A stretch of DNA of 64,000 bases from Ignavibacteria bacterium (lineage in GTDB: Bacteria > Bacteroidota > Ignavibacteria > SZUA-365): assembly GCA_016720835.1 (NCBI GenBank), contig JADKJW010000009.1:99496-163495 (forward strand), given 5' to 3'. The first letter of the stretch is position 1; every line of letters starts with the position of its first letter. Positions 9,562-17,320 of the stretch are shown piece after piece. Position numbers and translations under genes: made by a program. The notes below the pieces were generated by a model that had not been told where the DNA came from, did no database searches, and saw nothing but the letters and a program-made list of their open reading frames with translations.

Positions 9562-11961
9562 TCAGCGGACCCAGATTTCGACCCTCCTGTTTTTGTTTCT
9601 GCCTCCATCATCCTTTTCATCTGCAACCGGCATGATGGCTCCCATCCCGAGTGCGGAATGCGCCTTGATGCCGGTTTCCTTGAGCCTGGCTTTGACCATC
9701 TGCGCCAGAGTGCGGGATGCGAGTATCTCCGTTTCCCTGGCGCCCATGCGATCACATATCCCGACCACGAGGAGTTCCCTCGCGTTCGTGATGTCCGAGA
9801 ACATCTTCAGGCGGCGGATGTCATCGAACGCAAGCGCGTCGAGTTCCGATGCCCCGGGTCGCAAGCGCAGACTCGCGATGACGCGCTTCGCGCCCTTCGT
9901 CGCGGCGACGTACTCGGCAGGCGCCGTTCGATCGGCGGTGCGTCCTGAAAGCCGGAGCGAGAGATCCGCGTAGCCATGCGCGGCGGTGATGTTCTGCCCG
10001 TTCACGCCCATCGCAAAATCAATGAAGCTCCGGGGATTGACCGCCGTGGCGGGAGAAACGTAGAGGCAGAGTCGCGCGGTCAGCGGATACGACTCCAGCC
10101 TGATCGCGTCCACCGACGGGGCGACCGGATCGCCCGGGGCGTCGATCACCGGAAGCACTCGCGCATTCCCGCGATCCGCGAAGCGCACGAAGCCGAGAGC
10201 CCGTGGATCGGCCGCGACCCGGGCGAGCACCTCCGCCGTGCCGTTGCACTGCTGGGCGCGGGGGGAGATCTCGTCTCCGGGTCCGAGCAGCGCGAGCAGT
10301 GATGCGTTCGCGAGAGACGTGTCGCCGGCGAGGACGAGTCGCAGCGGTGCGCGGGCCCCGCCGAGCATGGCCCAATCCGTCGCGACGCCGGTCAGCGCCG
10401 CGATGGCGTCGCTCCGGCGGATGGCGCGAAGCGAATTTCGGGGATGCACAACGACGCAGATGCCGTCGAGCGCGAGCACATGCTGTGTCGGGAAGAACGC
10501 GGGAGTGGATCGGAGCGCGCCCGCATCCGACGCGGAGAGCGTCGAAGCGACGAAGCAGTCCGCCGCTGGATCGGTGTCCGATGCGTAGACGTCGCGCACT
10601 CGTGCAACGCGGATTTCCACCCGTTTCACGGTATCGCCGACGCTTCGTCCCGCGATGGCGAAGGCATTCCCGTCACCACGCTCGAGCCGCGCCTCGCGGA
10701 TACCCTCGGATGCCATCCACGCCGACACGATATCCTGGACAAGCGGCAGATGCTCCTCCGTCGTCTGGATGCGCATCAGCGTGAATCCTGTCGACATATC
10801 CGAGCTTCTTCCGAAGATGAACCATCCCACGGCGGCGAGCACGGCCGCAACGAGCACGACGCGTATTCCCGTCTGCCAGAATTTGCTGTCGAACACGTTC
10901 GCATTGGGAACGTCGTCGCGCAGCGATGTGATGGTTCGGAGTTCTTCGGCTTCACTGTTTTCCCTGTCGGCGGATTCCTGCACGGGCTCGCGACGGATTT
11001 TACGCTCCGCTCGCGACGCTTCCCGCTGTGCCATCTCCGCGAAGACGGCTTCGCCCTGGGCCTCGGCATGAAAGCTGTCGAGCAATGTTTGCAGGTCGAG
11101 ATCGACGCCGGCATTCAGGTGCGCGGGAGGGACGGGAGGCGTGTCGGACGGCTCGAGCACCGGCGCCTGTTCCTGCACCGGCAGCGCCGGGAGATCAACT
11201 CCGTCGAGCCCGTTCGCGACGAGCGCGCGGAGATCCTCCTCGACGAGCACCACATCGGCTCGTTCCGTCTGCTCGCGTGCGATGCGCTCGGCTTCGGCGC
11301 GAATCCGTTGTTCCGCCTCCTCGCGTTCGCGTTCCTCGCGTTCGGCGCGCAGTTTCCGTTCCGCATCTTCGCGTGCGCGCCGTTCCGCGTCATCGCGCGC
11401 TGCGCGCTCCGACAGCTCGCGCTCCAATTGCGCGATGCGATCGCGCGCGAGAAGTTCCGCCTGCTCGCGGGCGCGGCGTTCGGCCTCGATGACGGTGCGC
11501 TGTTCGGCCTCGTTCTTCACCTTCTCGAGTTCGGACCGGAAGGCGGACTCGAGCTGTGTTCTCAGCCGTGTCTCGATATCCTCGCGGAGCCGCCGTTCGT
11601 GTTCTTCGCGGGCGGCGCGTTCCGCTTCTTCGCGCGCGCGGCGTTCCGACTCCTCGCGGGAGCGGCGTTCTTCTTCCTCGTTGCGGCGGCGTTCGAGGGC
11701 CGCGTAAATACGTCGTTCCGCCTCTTCATGCGCGATGCGGTCGGCCTGCTCGCGAACGCGCCGTTCCGTCTCTTCGCGCTCTCGAAGTTCGTCGTCCTCG
11801 CGCTGTCTGCGCTCGTGTTCTTCACGGACCTGCCGTTCCGTGTTCTCGCGTTCCCTGCGCTCCCCTTCTTCGCGGAGTTCGCGCTCGGCCTTTTCGCGCG
11901 CGAGACGTTCCGTTTCTTCGCGGAGTTCGCGCTCGGCCTTTTCGCGCGCGAGACGTTCCAT
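9562..11961 (-). CDS. E/R/K-repeat + TM + PstS-like substrate-binding fold + OmpA_C peptidoglycan-binding protein; probably the C-terminal part of a larger interrupted gene
   Basis: TM helix VVLVAAVLAAVGWFIF. ALDGICVVVHPRNSL...GVATDWAMLGG...ESYPLTARLCLYV matches the PBP_like_2/PstS pattern. C-terminus ...ARLKETGI...GRNKNRRVEIWVR matches OmpA_C. The annotated Met lies inside a repeat unit. Confidence 0.8.
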   Translation of the reverse strand: MERLAREKAERELREETERLAREKAERELREEGERRERENTERQVREEHERRQREDDELREREETERRVREQADRIAHEEAERRIYAALERRRNEEEERRSREESERRAREEAERAAREEHERRLREDIETRLRTQLESAFRSELEKVKNEAEQRTVIEAERRAREQAELLARDRIAQLERELSERAARDDAERRAREDAERKLRAEREEREREEAEQRIRAEAERIAREQTERADVVLVEEDLRALVANGLDGVDLPALPVQEQAPVLEPSDTPPVPPAHLNAGVDLDLQTLLDSFHAEAQGEAVFAEMAQREASRAERKIRREPVQESADRENSEAEELRTITSLRDDVPNANVFDSKFWQTGIRVVLVAAVLAAVGWFIFGRSSDMSTGFTLMRIQTTEEHLPLVQDIVSAWMASEGIREARLERGDGNAFAIAGRSVGDTVKRVEIRVARVRDVYASDTDPAADCFVASTLSASDAGALRSTPAFFPTQHVLALDGICVVVHPRNSLRAIRRSDAIAALTGVATDWAMLGGARAPLRLVLAGDTSLANASLLALLGPGDEISPRAQQCNGTAEVLARVAADPRALGFVRFADRGNARVLPVIDAPGDPVAPSVDAIRLESYPLTARLCLYVSPATAVNPRSFIDFAMGVNGQNITAAHGYADLSLRLSGRTADRTAPAEYVAATKGAKRVIASLRLRPGASELDALAFDDIRRLKMFSDITNARELLVVGICDRMGARETEILASRTLAQMVKARLKETGIKAHSALGMGAIMPVADEKDDGGRNKNRRVEIWVR

Positions 11962-12330
11962 CTCTTCGCGGAGTTCGCGCTCGGCCTTTCGCGGGCGAGA
12001 CGTTCCGTTTCTTCGCGCAGTTCGCGCTCGGCCTTTTCGCGCGCGAGACGTTCCGTTTCTTCGCGCAGTTCGCGCTCGGCCTTTTCGCGGGCCAGACGTT
12101 CCATCTCTTCGTGGAGTTCGCGCTCGGCCTTTTCGCGGGCGAGGCGTTCCATCTCTTCGCGGAGTTCGCGTTCGGCCTTTTCGCGGGCGAGGCGTTCCAT
12201 CTCTTCGCGGAGTTCGCGTTCGGCCTTTTCGCGCGCGAGGCGTTCCATCTCTTCGCGGAGTTCGCGTTCGGCCTTTTCGCGCGCGAGGCGTTCCATCTCT
12301 TCGCGGAGTTCGCGTTCGGCCTTTTCGCGT
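11866..12330 (-). repeat. 48-bp coding tandem repeat, family A (~9.7 units, 16-aa unit REKAERELREEMERLA)
   Basis: Unit ttcgcggagttcgcgctcggccttttcgcgcgcgagacgttccgtttc repeats head-to-tail with only a few substitutions per unit. Confidence 0.95.
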
Positions 12331-12870
12331 AGAGTGCGATCGCTTGCCTCCCGGACTTCCCGCCCGGCTTTTTCGCTGGCGATGCGTTCCGCTTCCTCGC
12401 GGATCTTTTTCTCCGCCTCTTCGCGCGCACGTTTCCGCGTGTCGCGGTGGGTCCGTTTCTCGATCGGCTCACGCGACTTCGATTTCGCTTCCAGGCGTGA
12501 GAGTCTGCGCGCTTCCTCAGCAGCGAGCTGCACCGCCTCGTCGCGCGCCTTCCGATCCGCCTCCTCGCGGAGTTTCCGTTCGGCCTCCACACGAGCTTTC
12601 CGCTCCGCCTCTTCGTCTGCCTTGCGGTCAGCCTCTTGCAGGAGTTCGCGTTCGCGATCTCTCTGAGCATTTTGCTCTGCTTCTTCACGAATCCTGAGCC
12701 GCACCGCCTCACGGGCCTTGGACTCCGCTTCTTCACGAGCCTTGCGCTCCGCTTCTTCGCGAGCCTTGCGCTCCGCTTCTTCGCGAGCCTTGCGCTCCAT
12801 TTCCTCGCGAGCCTTGCGCTCCGCTTCTTCGCGAGCCTTGCGCTCCATTTCTTCACGGGCTTGGCGCTCC
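11990..12870 (-). pseudogene. Central E/R/K segment of the interrupted kinase-OmpA reading frame, with no start codon of its own
   Basis: It reads ...AERQAREEMERKAREE...EAVRLRIREEAEQNAQRDRERELLQEADRKADEE...REKAERELREEMERLA... in a third minus frame (part of track ORF 11562..13577). It is bounded by an 8-nt gap at 12861-12876 and a 1-nt homopolymer loss at 11987-11989. Confidence 0.55.
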
Positions 12871-13420
12871 GCGAGCCTTGCGCTCCATTTCCTCGCGAGC
12901 CTTGCGCTCCGCTTCTTCCCGAGCCTTGCGCTCCGCTTCTTCGCGAGCCTTGCGCTCCATTTCCTCGCGAACCTTGCGCTCCATTTCCTCGCGAGCCTTG
13001 CGCTCCATTTCCTCGCGAGCCTTGCGCTCCGCTTCTTCGCGAGCCTTGCGCTCCATTTCTTCACGGGCTTGGCGCTCCGCTTCTTCGCGAGCCTTGCGCT
13101 CCATTTCTTCACGGGCTTGGCGCTCCGCTTCTTCGCGAGCCTTGCGCTCCATTTCTTCCCGGGCTTGGCGCTCCGCTTCTTCGCGAGCCTTGCGCTCCAT
13201 TTCTTCACGGGCTTGGCGCTCCGCTTCTTCGCGAGCCTTGCGCTCCATTTCTTCACGGGCTTGGCGCTCCGCTTCTTCGCGAGCCTTGCGCTCCGCTTCT
13301 TCGCGAGCCTTGCGCTCCATTTCTTCACGGGCTTGGCGCTCCGCTTCTTCGCGAGCGTTGCGATCCGCTTCTTCGCGAGCCTTGCGCTCCGCTTCTTCGC
13401 GAGCCTTGCGCTCCTCTTCC
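12711..13420 (-). repeat. 48-bp (24+24) coding tandem repeat, family B (~15 units, EEAERQAREEMERKAR)
   Basis: Unit cttgcgctccatttcttcacgggcttggcgctccgcttcttcgcgagc repeats almost perfectly. The 24-nt half-units alternate between the EEMERKAR and EEAER(K/Q)AR versions. Confidence 0.95.
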
Positions 13421-14928
13421 TGGCGTGTTCTGAGTTCCACCTCTTCGCGTGCGCGTTGTCCGGCACGTTCATTCGCCACGCGTTCGGTTTCAAGCAGTTT
13501 CGACTCGGTTTCCTTGCGGATGCGTTCGAGTTCGCTATGCAGCCGTGTATCCAGTTCGTGCTGCAGTTTCTTCTCAAAGTCCTCGCGGAGGCGCTTTTCC
13601 GACTCCTCGCGCGCCTTTCGGTCCAATTCCTCCCGTTCCTTGCGATCGCGTTCTTCGCGACGCCTTCGCTCGGCTTCTTCCTGCTGGCGCCGCGCCGTCA
13701 TCTCCTTCGAGAGCTTGTCACGCTCGGTGCGAAGGACGCGTTCCGCTTCTTCACGGGCGTGCTGCTCCGCCTCCAGGCGCATATTCTGTTCCGCTTCTTC
13801 GCGTGCTTTCTGATCGTCCGCTTTCGCAAGGAGGGCATTGTCTTCCAATGCCTTCCTGCCGCCATCCTCCATGAGTGGAATGTAATCCGCGAGTGTTTTG
13901 GCCTGTTTCGTTCCCTTATGATGGACTTTTTTATCCATCGCCTCCTTGATCTTCGCATCTGCTGCATCGCGGGCGCGTTTCTGCGCTTCCTCGCGCACAA
14001 GGGCGGCTTCGTGAAGCTTCAGGCGATCCTCTTCCGCCTCAGCCAGCTTCCGTTTCTTCTCCGCCTTCGTGGCACGGATTTCTTCCACCGAGACAGGATG
14101 ATACGACACAGCCCATTTCTCGATATCCGCCGATGTAGGACGATGGTCGGGCGATTTCTGAAGACACCACGCAACGAGGGAAGTGAATTCTTCGGAGAAC
14201 GATTCGTCGAGTTCCGGCGTCGCCGCATTCTCGAGGAGCGCCTTCCCTCCCTGTCCGTCCCACGGGAGCTTCCCCATGGCGAGTTCGTACAGCAGGACAC
14301 CGATCGAGAAGACATCGTCGGCGGGATTGGCTGAACGGGCGGTGAAGCGTTCCGGCGACGCATACGGAATGTGAAAAATCCGGTTCGGTCCGACGTTGTG
14401 CGAAAGCGTATTGTGGAGAATGCGGCTGATGCCGAAATCGGAGAGCAGGGGAACACCACCATCACCGAGGAGCACGTTCTCCGGCGCAATATCCTGATGC
14501 ACAAAGGAATTCTTGTGCAGGAAGGACAATCCTGCCACCATCTGGCCGAGCAGTTGAACAATGCGCTGCTCGTTCAACGGCCTGCTGGTCTTCGCCGCCC
14601 TGATCACGTTCCTCAGAGAACCATGTTCGACAAACGGCCCGAGCAGATACGTCATTGTTCCCATCACGGAGAAACTCGTCGGCATCAACAGATTGGGATG
14701 CTTCACCGTCATCGAAAGGAATTCGTTCGTCAAGAGCTGGACGATGACGGGATCGAGTTCCTTCTCCGATTCAAAAAGCTTCAAGGCATGGATATGACCG
14801 CCCTTCTTGGTGTCCTCCACCCGCCACACCTGCGTGTGAATGCCGCCTTCGACGCGTTTCAACAGCTTGTAGCGGTTCGCGAAGAGGGATCCCGTCTTTA
14901 TTTCCATTGTTGCTTCTGTCATAATCAT
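12853..14928 (-). CDS. Atypical Hanks-type kinase-like protein with E/R/K repeat tail (paralogue 2); the ORF ends at a frame break inside the repeat
   Basis: HALKLF, LLTNEF, HQDIAPEN, SDFG, YASPE, DDVFSIGVLLYEL and HRPT, followed by a charged helix and family B repeats. The track ORF starts at TTG 14958. ATG 14928 (MIMTEATMEIK) is preferred by alignment with paralogue 1. Confidence 0.8.
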   Translation of the reverse strand: MIMTEATMEIKTGSLFANRYKLLKRVEGGIHTQVWRVEDTKKGGHIHALKLFESEKELDPVIVQLLTNEFLSMTVKHPNLLMPTSFSVMGTMTYLLGPFVEHGSLRNVIRAAKTSRPLNEQRIVQLLGQMVAGLSFLHKNSFVHQDIAPENVLLGDGGVPLLSDFGISRILHNTLSHNVGPNRIFHIPYASPERFTARSANPADDVFSIGVLLYELAMGKLPWDGQGGKALLENAATPELDESFSEEFTSLVAWCLQKSPDHRPTSADIEKWAVSYHPVSVEEIRATKAEKKRKLAEAEEDRLKLHEAALVREEAQKRARDAADAKIKEAMDKKVHHKGTKQAKTLADYIPLMEDGGRKALEDNALLAKADDQKAREEAEQNMRLEAEQHAREEAERVLRTERDKLSKEMTARRQQEEAERRRREERDRKEREELDRKAREESEKRLREDFEKKLQHELDTRLHSELERIRKETESKLLETERVANERAGQRAREEVELRTRQEEERKAREEAERKAREEADRNAREEAERQAREEMERKAREEAERKAREEAERQAREEMERKAREEAERQAREEMERKAREEAERQAREEMERKAREEAERQAREEMERKAREEAERQAREEMERKAREEAERKAREEMERKAREEMERKVREEMERKAREEAERKAREEAERKAREEMERKARGAPSP

Positions 14929-15258
14929 CAGTGTCTCACTGCAATTTCTCTGCCACAAGTGAGTCTAAAAAGAAACTTCGATAATTGGGGCGATTCATTT
15001 ATCCGACCATGCAATTATTGCAATTTGTTCCAAATTCTGCTCAGTTACGGGCAGGACTCGCAACCGGCGGTCGAGATCAGTTTCGGGAGCCCCACGATCA
15101 ATCGGCGTGATACTTCGAACTCGGGGGCTCCCGGATTCAGCTCCATCGCCTTGCATTTCAGGACCAACCTTTCTAGTTTGAGCGATCGAGAAGCAGTGAA
15201 TGCACTCCTCTTCTCCCTCGCATCTCCCAACATCCCGAAACGATACAGCGTAGAGTCT

Positions 15259-17310
15259 TTGAAACGCGTTCTCGTGCTATTATTCGTCGTCCTGACTTCC
15301 GCCGGGGCCCAGCAGGTATCGCCCTTGCCGGGACCGTTTCGGAAGATGCTGGACTATGACGAAAGCAAATTCACCAGCGTCGGAAGTCTCCGGGTCACCA
15401 TTTCGAACTTCGGCACGCTCGGCCATGGCTTCAACCGATGGCCGTCGCAGCTGAATTGCGAATACCCGGCGGGCTCCGGCATCGAACATATATTTGAGGG
15501 CGGATTCTGGCTTGGCGCGTATCGTGGCGGGCAAGGTCCGCACGTCTCCACGGCGGCTGTGGATGTCAGTTCCGTGCGCGACATCGCCGCGGGTTTCGAG
15601 TTCACGAATGCCATCGGCACACGGACAAGCGAGCGATCGACGCTCAGCGATTCGCGCTTTTACAGTCCCGACGCGATCAGTCACCAGGATTTCATCGCCG
15701 TGTTCACCGATTCGAACAGGATCGTCCCCGGCACATCGACCACCATCCCCGAGCATGACAATCCCCTCGGTGCGGAGGTGCGTCTCGAATCCTACGCGTG
15801 GAATTTTTCTTTCGCGGAGAACTTCGTCATCCTGCGATACATCATCACCAACCGCAGCGCGACGGTGCTCGACAGCGTGTACGCGGGCATCTGGATGGAC
15901 ATGGTTGTGCGCAATACCAACATCTCGCCTCCTCGCGGCGCGGCGTTCTTCGCGCGAGGGGGAAACGGGTATGTCGATTCCCTGCGCATGGCGTACGAGT
16001 TCGATGTGGACGGCGACCCCGGTTTCACGGACAGCTACATCGGGCTCTCCGTCCTCGGAACATCGCCGCTTCCCGCACTCGGTGCGCGCGCGAATTTCAA
16101 CACCTGGCAGTTCCGCAATACCACCGACCCCCTGTATTTCTCTCCGGCGAACGACCGGGAGCGCTACGAGAAGATGGCGCTCGGTCTTCCCGCATCCGAA
16201 TATCCCGGGCTGAAGTCGCCGTCGAATCGATCGACACTCCTGACGAGCGGACCGTTCCGTTCCCTGCAACCGGATTCTTCCATCGAGGTGATTTTCGCCC
16301 TCATCTGCGCGAAGAAAGCAGGCAGCGACGCCACCGCGGACGATACCGGACCGGCAAAGCGCAACCTCTACCGCTCGTGGGCGTTCGCGCAACAGGCCTA
16401 CGACGGCGAAGACAAAAACCGCAACGGCAGACTGGACGCGGGCGAAGATCTGAACGGCGATGGTACGCTGACACGCTACGTGCTGCCCGCCCCGCCGACG
16501 GCACCCCGCGTGCGGGTCGTTCCGGAGAATCAGAAGGTCTCCGTTTACTGGGACAAGATCGCGGAGACATCCATCGATCCCATTTCCGGTACACAGGATT
16601 TCGAAGGATACCGCATCTACCGAACAAATGCCGGCGCGGACCTCGACCCTTCCAAGGTGCTCTCGAGTTCGCTCATCCTCGTGGGTGAATTTGACCGCGC
16701 GGACGACAACCTCTTCTACAACACCGGCTTCAAAGCCGTGAAGCTGCCGAATCCCATCCGTTTCGATGGAGATGCCACGGAATACTGGTATCGTTTCGAG
16801 GCGTTGAACCTGCTCAACGGGTGGCAATACGTCTACACCGTCACGGCCTTCGACGCGGGCGATCCCGTCAACAACGTCGAGAGTCTGGAAAGCAGCACGC
16901 TGCAGAACGCCCGCCGCGTTGTGCCAGGCACCACCCCCGACGCAGCCGCGACAGGCGACCCGCGCGTATATCCGAATCCCTATTACGTCAACGCGCAGTG
17001 GGACGGCGCCGGAGAACGCAATCGAAAAATCACGTTTTACAATCTTCCCCGGCGAGCGGAGATCCGAGTGTACACGCTCGCCGGAGATCTCGTCCGACGC
17101 ATGAGTCACGATGCGGCGACGTCGAATGGCGGCGACATCCAGTGGTTCGCGCGGTACGCGGACGGCACGCAGAAGCTGTCCGGCGGCGAGCATCCCTGGG
17201 ATCTGATCACCGACAGCGACCAGGCGATCGCGACAGGGTTGTACCTGTTTACCGTGGAAAACCTCGACACGGGCGACATCAGACGCGGCAAATTCGCAAT
17301 CATCAAATAG
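15259..17310 (+). CDS. Secreted hypothetical protein with Ca-binding-like D-x-N-G-D loops and a C-terminal T9SS/FlgD-Ig-like beta-sandwich
   Basis: The track ORF 14371..17310 overlaps the kinase gene. The signal peptide (M)KRVLVLLFVVLTSAGAQQ begins at TTG 15259. DGEDKNRNGRLDAGEDLNGDGTL. C-terminus VYPNPYY...ITFYNLPRRAEIRVYTLAGDLV...GLYLFTV...GKFAIIK. Confidence 0.65.
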   Translation: MKRVLVLLFVVLTSAGAQQVSPLPGPFRKMLDYDESKFTSVGSLRVTISNFGTLGHGFNRWPSQLNCEYPAGSGIEHIFEGGFWLGAYRGGQGPHVSTAAVDVSSVRDIAAGFEFTNAIGTRTSERSTLSDSRFYSPDAISHQDFIAVFTDSNRIVPGTSTTIPEHDNPLGAEVRLESYAWNFSFAENFVILRYIITNRSATVLDSVYAGIWMDMVVRNTNISPPRGAAFFARGGNGYVDSLRMAYEFDVDGDPGFTDSYIGLSVLGTSPLPALGARANFNTWQFRNTTDPLYFSPANDRERYEKMALGLPASEYPGLKSPSNRSTLLTSGPFRSLQPDSSIEVIFALICAKKAGSDATADDTGPAKRNLYRSWAFAQQAYDGEDKNRNGRLDAGEDLNGDGTLTRYVLPAPPTAPRVRVVPENQKVSVYWDKIAETSIDPISGTQDFEGYRIYRTNAGADLDPSKVLSSSLILVGEFDRADDNLFYNTGFKAVKLPNPIRFDGDATEYWYRFEALNLLNGWQYVYTVTAFDAGDPVNNVESLESSTLQNARRVVPGTTPDAAATGDPRVYPNPYYVNAQWDGAGERNRKITFYNLPRRAEIRVYTLAGDLVRRMSHDAATSNGGDIQWFARYADGTQKLSGGEHPWDLITDSDQAIATGLYLFTVENLDTGDIRRGKFAIIK

Positions 17311-17320
17311 GAGAAGCTCC

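Noticed and set aside
11987-11989. Programmed ribosomal frameshifting as the explanation for the four frame breaks (11987, 12861-12876, 32215 and about 50782).
   Set aside because: No X-XXY-YYZ slippery heptamer or downstream pseudoknot-like structure is seen at any site. One break is an 8-nt gap. The other three fall in or next to short homopolymer runs (the ~50782 site is my reconstruction), which is more typical of consensus errors or recent mutations.
11866-13420. Possible CRISPR array or non-coding satellite.
   Set aside because: The units are directly abutting with no unique spacers. The period is 48 nt, a multiple of 3, and the repeats are in frame with flanking coding sequence. They are coding tandem repeats.
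10444-14334. Very long + strand ORFs through the repeat region (10444-12666, 11735-12697, 12718-14334, 12878-13813) encoding S/R/A/F/L repeats.
   Set aside because: They are mirror-frame translations of the E/R/K coding repeats. The minus strand carries the kinase and OmpA domains in phase with the repeats, so the + strand ORFs are artefacts.
14371-15258. N-terminal extensions of track ORFs: 14371-15258, 19602-20153, 24040-24891, 26508-27776, 2632-3138, 41243-41377 and 53309-54115.
   Set aside because: The extensions overlap neighbouring genes, lack protein-like composition and precede clear signal peptides or RBS-associated internal starts. The shorter starts were adopted.
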